Shown here in pieces: positions 35,116 through 44,048 of a stretch of 51,688 bases of DNA (position 1 is the stretch's first letter; each line of letters begins with the position of its first letter). Position numbers and translations under genes: made by a program. Below the pieces are notes generated by a model. It saw nothing but the letters and a program-made list of their open reading frames with translations. It did no database searches and was not told the origin of the DNA. The DNA comes from Candidatus Woesearchaeota archaeon (lineage in GTDB: Archaea > Nanobdellota > Nanobdellia > Woesearchaeales > WAPY01). The stretch spans positions 1-51,688 of the forward strand of contig JAWBOW010000002.1 of NCBI GenBank assembly GCA_038825775.1. Direction: 5' to 3'.

Positions 35116-35718
35116 ATGCAAGAAAACCTTAAGAGACAGATAGCTTACAAAGTCAAAATAAAAGACTTACTTAGGGGAGATTATGTTAAGAGGGATGGTT
35201 GGGAGCCAAACTACATTAGGGATGTTTTTGGAAGAGAAATTTCAAGGGTTAATATTTCAGGAGTAATATTATCAAAATCAGAAGAACTTAATTATAAAAG
35301 CATAACAATAGATGATGGAACAGGAATAATAAGTGTAAGAACATTTGGAGAATTTGATCTTTCAGATTATGACATAGGAGACATAGTTTGTGTTATAGGA
35401 AAACCAAGGGTTTTTGCAAATGAAAAGTATGTTGTTTTAGAAATAATAAAAAAAATAAAAGATAAAGAATTCTTAAAAACAAGGGATTTGGAAATTGAAT
35501 ATCAAAAGAGAAAACTAGCATTACAACAAGAACACAAAGTTGGAAAGATAGATACAATATACAATTTAATAAAGGAATTAGATGATGGTTTTGGAGTTGA
35601 AATTCAAGAAATAATAAAGAGAACAACAATACCTGATGTTGAAAAAATCATTAAGAAAATGTTAGAGTCAGGAGACATATTTGAAATAAGACCAGGTTAT
35701 GTTAAAACATTAGAATAA
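35116..35718 (+). CDS. OB-fold plus winged-helix protein (RPA32/Stn1-like architecture)
   Basis: The OB-like core is VNISGVILSK...ITIDDGTGIISVRTF...GDIVCVIGKPRVF. The C-terminal wH ends ...VEKIIKKMLESGDIFEIRPGYVKTLE. A GGGGGT SD-like motif lies upstream. Confidence 0.6.
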   Translation: MQENLKRQIAYKVKIKDLLRGDYVKRDGWEPNYIRDVFGREISRVNISGVILSKSEELNYKSITIDDGTGIISVRTFGEFDLSDYDIGDIVCVIGKPRVFANEKYVVLEIIKKIKDKEFLKTRDLEIEYQKRKLALQQEHKVGKIDTIYNLIKELDDGFGVEIQEIIKRTTIPDVEKIIKKMLESGDIFEIRPGYVKTLE

Positions 35719-35738
35719 TCCTCCCAAATTATTTTAAA

Positions 35739-36587
35739 CTAGAAGAAGAGAGGAGTTACAAAAACCTCAATAAGAGCGGCAACGAACAGCATTAATAATG
35801 AAATTATTAACAAATCAGCAGTATCTATTATAACCCTTTCAAAATTCTTTGTTGTAAAATCATGCCTTACTATTGCTGTTGAAATTATTCCCCCTGCTAA
35901 TCCTGCTATCAAGTAAGCACAAATTTCTGGTATTCCGTGAATTAAATATCTCAAAATCGAAAGAGAATAAGCCCTAAAATAATAGTACAAAGAAGTAAAG
36001 CCAAAAGCCAAACTAAACTTTGCAATCTCTGTTCTGAAAAAATTCCCAATTGCAGTTCCAACAACAGAAGCATTCCAAGTTAGAATAAAAAGAGCACCAG
36101 CACCATACAAAAATGAGAAGAAAACACAAAATAATAAAACCTTAACATTATTCAAAAAAATTATTGAAAAAATATTAACTTGTGATTTAAAATTCCCTGT
36201 TGGAGCGTTTATTGCAGCAATAGTTTGTGTTTGGGCTAAAAAAACATTTTCAACAGTTTCTCTAGGAAGCACAATATACCAAAAAGAAAAGCCGATAATA
36301 AATCCAACAAATAAAAAACTCATTGCCAAGAATAATTTCTCATGCTCTTTTAAGAGTTTAACCTCATCATCTATTGAAATATCCTTTTGCTCTTCATACC
36401 TTATAGAATCATAAAACAATGGGAGAGCAGCAATTACGGTTAGCAAGATAACAACCATGCTCAAGTGAGTTGAGAATATCCAATTTCCTAAAAAGATTGC
36501 AATGCTGCAATACAAAAATCCAAGAAGCATTAACTCCCAAGGTTTTTTTTCAGCTTTAAAAACATTAACGAGATACTCAACAACCAT
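35739..36587 (-). CDS. SpoIIM/DUF95-like integral membrane protein
   Basis: A multi-TM protein with FSFLYGAGALFILTWNASVVG and HGIPEICAYLIAGLAGG, which is typical of the family. Confidence 0.55.
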   Translation of the reverse strand: MVVEYLVNVFKAEKKPWELMLLGFLYCSIAIFLGNWIFSTHLSMVVILLTVIAALPLFYDSIRYEEQKDISIDDEVKLLKEHEKLFLAMSFLFVGFIIGFSFWYIVLPRETVENVFLAQTQTIAAINAPTGNFKSQVNIFSIIFLNNVKVLLFCVFFSFLYGAGALFILTWNASVVGTAIGNFFRTEIAKFSLAFGFTSLYYYFRAYSLSILRYLIHGIPEICAYLIAGLAGGIISTAIVRHDFTTKNFERVIIDTADLLIISLLMLFVAALIEVFVTPLFF

Positions 36588-36670
36588 GTCTTAGAATAAT
36601 ATAAGTTAATTTAAAAATTTTTTTAATTTAAACACAAAGTAATTAAACAATAAGAGATATCTTTGTTTTT

Positions 36671-37399
36671 ATGGATGAAGAATTTTTAAAAAAGGCCTTT
36701 GAAGAATTATTCTCTGAAAAACCAAATAAGTACAATATTGTTTTTAGAGTAGATTATCGTTCTTTAAAAGGTTTTAATGCTTACGCAATTTTAAGACAAG
36801 ATCTTAATAAAAAAACAGTAACTTTTGTTCTAAGCAAAAAATGGGAGGACATAAATTTAATGATAAAAAAAGGCTTAGTTCAAAGTCTAATGGCAAGATT
36901 GCTTTCAAAAAAATTAGGACTAAAGCCAAAAACGACAACAAGCGTTAGCGTCTATAACAACTTCCTTAAAAGCATGCATTTATCAATAAACAAAACAAAA
37001 ACAGAAAGTAAATTAGAAGAATCATTTAACAGGGTTAATAAAAAATATTTTAACGAGCTCATAGAAAAACCAAACTTAAGATTTGGTAGAGAATCCTACA
37101 GAGTTTTAGCACATTACAATTTACAAACAGATACAATAACCGTGAGTAATATTTTTAGAGAAGCGGATGATGATATTTTAGACTTTTTGATTTATCACGA
37201 ACTCTTACACAAAATTATAAAATTTAATGGTAATTTTAAAAGGTTTTATCACACAAGAAAATTTGGTAAAAAAGAAAAAGAGTTTGAAAATTATGATATA
37301 ATTAATAAAAAGTTAAACAACTATGTTAAAAAATATTTAACCAATAAACTAAAAACAAAAAACTTTAAAAAGAAACCATTTTTCTTTAATTTCAGGTGA
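36671..37399 (+). CDS. DUF45/SprT-like putative zinc metallohydrolase
   Basis: It has an HExxH motif (LIYHELLHKI) followed by FYHTRKF, as in YgjP/DUF45 proteins. The rest of the protein is unrecognised. Confidence 0.5.
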   Translation: MDEEFLKKAFEELFSEKPNKYNIVFRVDYRSLKGFNAYAILRQDLNKKTVTFVLSKKWEDINLMIKKGLVQSLMARLLSKKLGLKPKTTTSVSVYNNFLKSMHLSINKTKTESKLEESFNRVNKKYFNELIEKPNLRFGRESYRVLAHYNLQTDTITVSNIFREADDDILDFLIYHELLHKIIKFNGNFKRFYHTRKFGKKEKEFENYDIINKKLNNYVKKYLTNKLKTKNFKKKPFFFNFR

Positions 37400-37403
37400 G
37401 CTT

Positions 37404-37802
37404 ATGGGAGAGACCAAAGTTGTGCAAGCAACATCTTTAAAGATTGGAAGCTATGTTATACTAGAAGGAGCGCCTTGTAAGGTAGTCAATATTCAAATAT
37501 CAAAGCCAGGAAAACACGGGCATGCAAAAGTAAGAATCGTAGGTGTAGGTTTAATAGACGAGAAAAAAAGGGATGTTGTTGTTCCAGGCCATGAAAACCT
37601 CGAAGTGCCAATAGTAGGAAAAAAATCAGCTCAAATACTCTCAATTCAAGGAGACACAGCAACAGTTATGGACTCAGAAACATTTGAAACTTTTGATATG
37701 AAAATCCCAGAAGAATTAAAAGAACAGGTTGCTCCAGGAGTAAATGTGTTGTATTGGGAGATAATGGACCAAAAGATAATGAAGCAAATAAAACCATCTT
37801 AG
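37404..37802 (+). CDS. eif5a: Translation initiation factor aIF5A
   Basis: It has the hypusine loop ISKPGKHGHAKVRIVG, with an N-terminal SH3-like domain and a C-terminal OB domain. Confidence 0.95.
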   Translation: MGETKVVQATSLKIGSYVILEGAPCKVVNIQISKPGKHGHAKVRIVGVGLIDEKKRDVVVPGHENLEVPIVGKKSAQILSIQGDTATVMDSETFETFDMKIPEELKEQVAPGVNVLYWEIMDQKIMKQIKPS

Positions 37803-37812
37803 GTGATCTTTT

Positions 37813-37974
37813 ATGGCAAAATTTCCTGAAGCAGAAGAAAGACTCTTTAGAAATGTTTTTGTTTGTAGAAAGTGCAAGACAAAAGTAAGAGCTCCAACCT
37901 TGAAAGTAATAGCAGGGAAGGTTAGGTGCAGGAAGTGTGGAAGCAAAGCATTAAGGCCTATAAGAAAAAAATAA
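37813..37974 (+). CDS. rpl40e: Ribosomal protein L40e
   Basis: Not in the ORF track (53 aa). My own translation is MAKFPEAEERLFRNVFVCRKCKTKVRAPTLKVIAGKVRCRKCGSKALRPIRKK. This has the conserved FPEAE start and the C4 knuckles CRKC...CRKCG. Confidence 0.85.
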   Translation: MAKFPEAEERLFRNVFVCRKCKTKVRAPTLKVIAGKVRCRKCGSKALRPIRKK

Positions 37975-37989
37975 TCTAGAAAGGTTTTC

Positions 37990-39177
37990 ATGTTAGAAAG
38001 CATAATAAAAAGCACAGCAAGCATTATAGAAAAAAACATTTACATAATTCTTTTTTATTTAGTGCTTATCATCATAATCTTAATTTTTAGAAAAAGATTT
38101 GAAATAGAGTCAAAATTCATTCTGTTGTATAAGACAAAATTTGGTTTGAAATTAATGGAAAAATTAAGCAAGAATTATGGAGAAATAATTAAAATAGTTG
38201 GATACAGCTCTATAGGAGTAGGTTTTTTAGGAATGTTATTCATGATTTTTGTTCTTATTCAAAACCTAATCTCAATTATAATAAAACCTTCAACAACATC
38301 TTCACTCACTTTAGTTCTTCCAGGAACAATAATACCGGGAATTGGAAAGTTAAATTTCACATTTTGGCTTATCACAATATTTGTTGTTGCTCTAGCTCAC
38401 GAATCAGCACACGGAATAGTTTCATTAGCACACAAGATAAGAGTCAAAAGTTCAGGAATTGTTTTTTTTGGACCAATAATTGGTGCTTTTGTTGAGCCAG
38501 AAGAAAAGGAAATCTCAAAATCAAAAGATATTGTTCAATACTCAATATTTGCAGCAGGTCCATTTGCTAACATCATACTATCAATAATAATTATGTTCAT
38601 AATCTCATTATTCCTAAACCCACTTTATATAAAACTTACGACAGAAGCAGGAATCTCTTTTACAAGCATACAAAAGGATTTTCCTGCTGAAAAAGCAGGT
38701 TTAAAAGAAGGAATAATAATAAATAAAATTAACAATCAATCAATAAAAAATTATAATGATTTCTTAGAATTTATGATAAGTGTAAAACCAAACCAAACAC
38801 TAGAGTTGAGCTCAAAAAACCAAACATTTGTTTTAGTAACAACAGAAAATCCTGAAAAACCAGGTAGGGGCTATATAGGAATAAGCGGTATTAAAGAAGA
38901 AAGAGTTCCAAAATCAAACAATATCTTATTTTTAACAACATCTTGGTTTTTAACATTGTTTAATTTTATAATGGTTATTAGTGCAGGAATAGGACTTTTT
39001 AATCTTTTACCATTAGGAATAGTTGATGGTGGGAGAATGATAAAAACAGCATTAGAATCAATTTATAAGGACAAAAACAAAGCACTAAATGTTTGGAAAA
39101 GAATTTCCTGGTTTGTTCTTCTGCTTTTGTTATTTAACCTGTTGATACCCGCCTTTAAGCCAATAATCAAAATCTAA
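37990..39177 (+). CDS. Site-2 protease (M50 family) with PDZ domain
   Basis: HESAHGI (HExxH) lies within a TM helix. A PDZ domain is present (FPAEKAGLKEGIIINKINNQSI), as is the NLLPLGIVDGGRM motif. Confidence 0.85.
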   Translation: MLESIIKSTASIIEKNIYIILFYLVLIIIILIFRKRFEIESKFILLYKTKFGLKLMEKLSKNYGEIIKIVGYSSIGVGFLGMLFMIFVLIQNLISIIIKPSTTSSLTLVLPGTIIPGIGKLNFTFWLITIFVVALAHESAHGIVSLAHKIRVKSSGIVFFGPIIGAFVEPEEKEISKSKDIVQYSIFAAGPFANIILSIIIMFIISLFLNPLYIKLTTEAGISFTSIQKDFPAEKAGLKEGIIINKINNQSIKNYNDFLEFMISVKPNQTLELSSKNQTFVLVTTENPEKPGRGYIGISGIKEERVPKSNNILFLTTSWFLTLFNFIMVISAGIGLFNLLPLGIVDGGRMIKTALESIYKDKNKALNVWKRISWFVLLLLLFNLLIPAFKPIIKI

Positions 39178-39267
39178 TTTTAATATTCTTTATTATTTGT
39201 TTCTTAATTCAAAAAAACAACACACTCTATCTTAAAATTTTTAAATACTTACGAAAACCTAAAAAAC

Positions 39268-39969
39268 ATGATAACAATTGTTTTTGTAGAACCAGAAAAC
39301 GAAGAAAACATTGGGCTAATAGCAAGGGTGATGAAGAATTTTGGTTTTGAACAACTAATATTAGTTAATCCAAAATGCAAAATTAATTTAAAAGCATTCT
39401 TTGTTAGCAAGCACGCAAGTGATGTTATAAAAAAAGCAAGAATTGTTAAAAGAATTTTCTTAAAAAATTTTGATTATGTTATTGGAACAACAGCAAAGAT
39501 AACAACGGATTATAACATAATAAGATCCCCTTTAACTCCAGAAATTGCAGCAGAAAAGATTTCAAAACTTAAGAATAAAAATATTGCAATACTTTTAGGC
39601 AGGGAAGGAATTGGTTTAAAAAATAAAGAATTAGAAAAATGTGATTTTACAATAACAATACCAACATCAGAGTATAAAACATTAAACGTTTCTCATGCTT
39701 TGGCAATAATACTTTACGAAATATTCAAAAGGGATTTTAAAGGATTTGAAAAAATAACACCTGCTTCAAAAATAGAAAAAGAGGTAATTCTTAAAAAAAT
39801 AAAAAACATTCTTAATAATTTGGAATTTAAGACAAACTCTAAAAAAAGAACTCAAATTTTGGTTTGGAAAAGAGTAATTGGAAAAGCAGAATTAACAAAA
39901 AGAGAAGCATACGCTATTCTTGGGTTTTTATCAAAGATTGAAGAGAACCTTAATAAAAAAAATTCTTGA
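39268..39969 (+). CDS. trmJ: SpoU/TrmJ-like tRNA 2'-O-methyltransferase
   Basis: IVFVEPENEENIGLIARVMKNFG, AILLGREGIGL and LNVSHALAIILYE are the SPOUT motifs. Confidence 0.8.
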   Translation: MITIVFVEPENEENIGLIARVMKNFGFEQLILVNPKCKINLKAFFVSKHASDVIKKARIVKRIFLKNFDYVIGTTAKITTDYNIIRSPLTPEIAAEKISKLKNKNIAILLGREGIGLKNKELEKCDFTITIPTSEYKTLNVSHALAIILYEIFKRDFKGFEKITPASKIEKEVILKKIKNILNNLEFKTNSKKRTQILVWKRVIGKAELTKREAYAILGFLSKIEENLNKKNS

Positions 39970-39974
39970 AAGTT

Positions 39975-40046
39975 GGGCTCGTAGTTCAATGGTAGAACGC
40001 TGCCTTCGCAGGGCAGAAGCTCCGGGTTCAAATCCCGGCGAGTCCA
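39975..40046 (+). tRNA. tRNA-Ala (anticodon CGC)
   Basis: A 72-nt cloverleaf folded by hand: acceptor GGGCTCG/CGAGTCC with the G3:U70 Ala identity pair; D arm GTTC-AATGGTA-GAAC; anticodon arm CTGCC-TTCGCAG-GGCAG; T arm CCGGG-TTCAAAT-CCCGG; discriminator A. There is no intron and no encoded CCA. Confidence 0.95.
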
Positions 40047-40067
40047 TTATCAAAATTATTTTAATTT

Positions 40068-41666
40068 TTACTCAGAAAACTTCTTCACACTTTCCATAAT
40101 ATTCATGCAATGATCACTAACCCTTTCAAGATTGTTTAAAATATCTGTGTAAATTGTTGACGCGGCAACATTACAAACCTTATTTTTTAATCTTTCAACG
40201 TGATTATGAGAAGCTTTCTTAACCATTAAATCAATCTCTTGTTCCCTATACTCTATAATCTTTGCTAGTTTTTTATCATATTTTCTTAAAAGTTTAAACG
40301 CATCAACTACATTCTCTCTAACATTCTTATAAATTATCTTTAATTCTCTTATTGCATATTTTGAGAAATTAATATTCTCATTATAAGCATAAATTCCTAA
40401 TTCTGTTAGATTTGTAGCATGATCTGCAATTCTTTCAACATCATTAACTATTCCTAAGTATGAAGAGACAGTTTTTGCTTCCCTATCAGACATTTCTCTC
40501 ATCGAAATTTCTGTTAGAAAATTAGTTATTTCCTTTTGCAAATCATCAACAACAACTTCTGCATTGTTAACATACCTTTCATTATTTATTTCATTATTAA
40601 AAATTATTTTCATTGATTTATCAAGCATTTTTAAAGAGAGCTCTGCTTCTCTTATAATTTCCCTTTTAACAAGTTCCAAACCAATCAAAATATTATTAAC
40701 CAATTTTTTGTTCAAGTATTTTGGCCCTACACTTATAAAATCTTCCTCTCCTCTAACTAGAACGTTTATTAAATTATAAAATGGTTTTATAAAAATAAGC
40801 ATAATAAAAGTTGTAGTCACATTAAATATTGTGTGTGACATTGCTATTTGCTTTCCCAATTCTAACGGCATTAAACTACAAATTTTTACGAAGTAATTAA
40901 GGAAAGGAAGGAATAATAAAACTCCAAAGAGATTAAACAAGAAATGAGCAAGAGCACTCTTTTTTGCAGTTTTGGAAGTGCCGATAGAAGCTAATAGTGC
41001 AGTAACTGTTGTTCCAATGTTCGCTCCCAATATTATTGGAATTGCATAATTTAGAGTTATGAGTCCTTCAATCCCCAAAACAACTACAATGCTTGTTGTA
41101 ACACTGCTTGATTGTATTATTGCCGTGAATAAAAGACCAATTAGTATTCCTAATAAAGGGTTTTTTAAATTTTTTATTGATTCTAAAAAATAAGGGCTAT
41201 CTCTTAATGGAACAAGCCCTGTTTCCATCATTTTTAAACCAAAAAACAACAATCCAAAATAAAACATTATTTCACCAACACCCCTTCTTTTTGATTTTCC
41301 AAAAAACCAAAGCAAAAAACCAAAAATCATGAAGTAAATTCCATACTTCGTTAACTTAAAAGCAACAAACTGTGCTGTAATTGTTGTTCCGATGTTTGCT
41401 CCAAAGATTATTCCAAGAGAATCATAAAAGCTAATGATTCCGGCATTAACTAAGCCTATAACAATAACAGTTACTGCACTGCTGCTTTGAACAATAGAAG
41501 TCACAATTGTTCCTAAAAAAACACCCTTTAAAGGATTACTCAGGGCTTTTTCAAAACTCTTTCTTAAACTAGAACTAAATGATTTTTGAATAGAATTACT
41601 AAGCATAATTATTCCGTGTAGGAATAAAATAAAACCAGCAACGGCATAGAGCATATTTGAGTTCAT
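40068..41666 (-). CDS. Na+/phosphate cotransporter (NptA family) with C-terminal PhoU-like domains
   Basis: It has duplicated Na/Pi motifs (VQSSSAVTVIVIGL and IQSSSVTTSIVVVL; GANIGTT twice). The cytoplasmic tail has two PhoU-type repeats (ERIADHATN, ERVSDHCMN). Confidence 0.85.
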   Translation of the reverse strand: MNSNMLYAVAGFILFLHGIIMLSNSIQKSFSSSLRKSFEKALSNPLKGVFLGTIVTSIVQSSSAVTVIVIGLVNAGIISFYDSLGIIFGANIGTTITAQFVAFKLTKYGIYFMIFGFLLWFFGKSKRRGVGEIMFYFGLLFFGLKMMETGLVPLRDSPYFLESIKNLKNPLLGILIGLLFTAIIQSSSVTTSIVVVLGIEGLITLNYAIPIILGANIGTTVTALLASIGTSKTAKKSALAHFLFNLFGVLLFLPFLNYFVKICSLMPLELGKQIAMSHTIFNVTTTFIMLIFIKPFYNLINVLVRGEEDFISVGPKYLNKKLVNNILIGLELVKREIIREAELSLKMLDKSMKIIFNNEINNERYVNNAEVVVDDLQKEITNFLTEISMREMSDREAKTVSSYLGIVNDVERIADHATNLTELGIYAYNENINFSKYAIRELKIIYKNVRENVVDAFKLLRKYDKKLAKIIEYREQEIDLMVKKASHNHVERLKNKVCNVAASTIYTDILNNLERVSDHCMNIMESVKKFSE

Positions 41667-42028
41667 TTTAATTTTTCTCTTTTTTTAAATTCAAAATTTT
41701 TTTTATTTTTTATTAAATCTTTTAATTTATTAAACCTTACTATAATTTTCTTATCAGGGTTTGGCCTGGCATTTCCAGACAACTTATAATAAACCCTTTC
41801 AGATTTTGAACCCCAACTAAAATTTCCATCCTCACTCTTTATTCTGCTGATCTCAAAATCCCCTGTTGAAATTCCTTTTCTTAAATGATAATATATTAAC
41901 CTCTGACTAACCTTTGGAAATAAAGCATTATAGAATTTATAAATCTCATAACCATGAGCCTCTTTTAGCAAGAATAACAGATCAATAATGTTTTCTCTAA
42001 CATCAGATTTTAAAGGCCTACCCCTCAT
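41663..42028 (-). CDS. PadR-like winged-helix transcriptional regulator
   Basis: IIDLLFLLKEAHGYEIYKF...SQRLIYYHLRKG resembles the PadR-like HGYE wHTH. An ATGA overlap couples it to the downstream phosphate transporter. Confidence 0.55.
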   Translation of the reverse strand: MRGRPLKSDVRENIIDLLFLLKEAHGYEIYKFYNALFPKVSQRLIYYHLRKGISTGDFEISRIKSEDGNFSWGSKSERVYYKLSGNARPNPDKKIIVRFNKLKDLIKNKKNFEFKKREKLK

Positions 42029-42087
42029 AATTATTTCTTTTTTTTAGTATTATAAAAATCTTATTTTTTTTAAGCAAAATTTTTTTA

Positions 42088-42768
42088 ATGAACAAAAAAC
42101 TTCATTTCCTTATGAACAAAAACCACAACACCAAAAACAATACTCTTTTGAAACAAAAAAAGGAACTAATTAATATGTGGTTAAGAGAAGGAATAATAAG
42201 CAAAGAAGACAATTTACTAATAAAAGCTTTTTTGGAAGTGAAAAGAGAGGATTTTGTGCTTCAAGAACATAGAGATTTTGCTTATGCTGACACAGCACTT
42301 CCATTAATTAATGAAGCAACAATATCCCAACCAACAGTAATAATGATGATGCTAAAAAATCTTGATTTAAGAAAAAATCAAAAGGTTCTTGAAATAGGGA
42401 CAGGTTCTGGTTATCAAACAGCAATAATCTCACTAATAGTTAAAAAGATAATAAGCATAGAGATCGACAGAGAAGTTTTTGAGATGGCAAAGAAAAACCT
42501 TTCAAATTTCAAGCAAAAGAATATTAAGCTAGTTTGTGGTGATGGAAAAAATGGTTTTGAAGAAGAAGCACCTTATGATAGAATAATAATAAATGCTGCA
42601 TGCGAAGAAATACCTAAAAGTTTACTCAAACAACTGAAGAATAATGGCATTCTAGTTGCTCCGGTTGGAAAACCTTATCAATCATTAGTTGTTGTGAATA
42701 AGAAAAACAACAAATTATTTTTTGAAGAAAAATTAAATAATGGTTTGGTTTTTGTTAATTTAAGATAA
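42088..42768 (+). CDS. pcm: Protein-L-isoaspartate O-methyltransferase
   Basis: TISQP, the SAM motif VLEIGTGSGYQTA, and YDRIIINAA. The start is ambiguous (42088, 42109 or 42175). Confidence 0.85.
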   Translation: MNKKLHFLMNKNHNTKNNTLLKQKKELINMWLREGIISKEDNLLIKAFLEVKREDFVLQEHRDFAYADTALPLINEATISQPTVIMMMLKNLDLRKNQKVLEIGTGSGYQTAIISLIVKKIISIEIDREVFEMAKKNLSNFKQKNIKLVCGDGKNGFEEEAPYDRIIINAACEEIPKSLLKQLKNNGILVAPVGKPYQSLVVVNKKNNKLFFEEKLNNGLVFVNLR

Positions 42769-42801
42769 AAATTAAAAAGAGTAATATTGTTTAATAAAAA
42801 A

Positions 42802-44022
42802 ATGTTTAAAGCATGGAATCATGGAAGGGATATTGCAAAAATAAAGAACTTAATAAAAAGTAATAGAACTAGCTTAATAAAGAATAAGTTTAAAAAATTA
42901 AAACAAGAAGAACTAAAAGAATTAGTAAGCATTGCAAAAGCACAAATAAAAGCAGAAAATTTGTTTTCTAAGGGCTTCAAGATGTTTTTAAACGAAGAAG
43001 ATTTAAGATTCACGACACAAGAATTCATAGCAGATTATAGGGCAAGAAAAATATATTCTTTTGTTGGAAAGGAAAAAATTGTTGACTTGTGCTGCGGAAT
43101 TGGATCGCAAACAATAAGCTTTGCAAAGTATTTTAGGCATGTTTTAGCAATTGATATTGATGAGAGAAAAATAAATTATGCTTTTAAGAACATTCAGCAC
43201 AGGGACTTAAGGAATGTAACCCTTTTAAGAGGAGACATTTTTGATAAAGAAATCATAAAAAAGGTAAGTGATTTTAAACCAAAAGTAATATTTTGTGATC
43301 CTCAAAGAAAAGAAAAGGGTTTGAGAGAAGAGGAAAGAGAGTTGATTAAAAATATTATAAAAAACTATTCAAATATAACGAATAATTTAGTAATAGAAGC
43401 ACCACCTTTCATTAACATTCAAAAATTAAAAGAAGAATTAAAAAAAGAATTTAATTTGGATTTTGAAGCTGAATTTTTAAGTCAAGATCAAAAGCTAAAG
43501 AGGTTAACGCTTTATTTCTCAGAACTCAAAAGGGCAGATTACAGCATAATTAATTTTCCAGAAGAAAAAATTATTTACTTAAACTCAGAGAATAATGATT
43601 CAATAATCAAAGAAACTAACGATTTAAAAGATTATTTGTTAGAGCCAAACACCGCACTAAAAAGAGCTTCTATGATACACAAAGCATTAGAAATTGCTGG
43701 TATAAAAGCAGAAGCATTTGACTTTGGAAGAAATTTAATTTTAACATCAAAAGAAAAAATAAGTGATGAAAACATTAAAGTTTTTTTCCAACAATACAAA
43801 GTTTTATTTTCAAAAGAATCGAATAAAGAATGTGATGAAGAAATAATAAAAAAACTTCAAGAGTTTAATGCAAAATATGTTATACTAAAACAAGGTTTTA
43901 AACCAGAAAATTATTGGGGTGTGAGAAATTATTATGAGAGGGAATTAAACAGCACAACAAACAAAATTTTATACTTGTTCTATTTAAAAAATAAGCTCAT
44001 AATAACAGAATTAGAACCGTAA
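42802..44022 (+). CDS. Class I SAM-dependent methyltransferase with an about 200-aa C-terminal extension
   Basis: It has SAM motif I VDLCCGIGSQTISFA, the acidic loop AIDIDE, and motif IV-like IFCDPQR. The substrate is unknown. Confidence 0.65.
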   Translation: MFKAWNHGRDIAKIKNLIKSNRTSLIKNKFKKLKQEELKELVSIAKAQIKAENLFSKGFKMFLNEEDLRFTTQEFIADYRARKIYSFVGKEKIVDLCCGIGSQTISFAKYFRHVLAIDIDERKINYAFKNIQHRDLRNVTLLRGDIFDKEIIKKVSDFKPKVIFCDPQRKEKGLREEERELIKNIIKNYSNITNNLVIEAPPFINIQKLKEELKKEFNLDFEAEFLSQDQKLKRLTLYFSELKRADYSIINFPEEKIIYLNSENNDSIIKETNDLKDYLLEPNTALKRASMIHKALEIAGIKAEAFDFGRNLILTSKEKISDENIKVFFQQYKVLFSKESNKECDEEIIKKLQEFNAKYVILKQGFKPENYWGVRNYYERELNSTTNKILYLFYLKNKLIITELEP

Positions 44023-44048
44023 CCTAATTTTTTTATTAATCCTATTAA

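Noticed and set aside
37716-38039. A 107-aa minus-strand ORF across the aIF5A-S2P spacer.
   Set aside because: The plus strand encodes a convincing L40e, along with the ends of aIF5A and S2P. The antisense product has no motifs.
39975-40046. The tRNA-Ala gene as an integration hotspot for a mobile element or provirus.
   Set aside because: No integrase is present, there is no direct repeat of the tRNA 3' half, and the flanks hold no atypical gene content. Both flanks are ordinary housekeeping genes.
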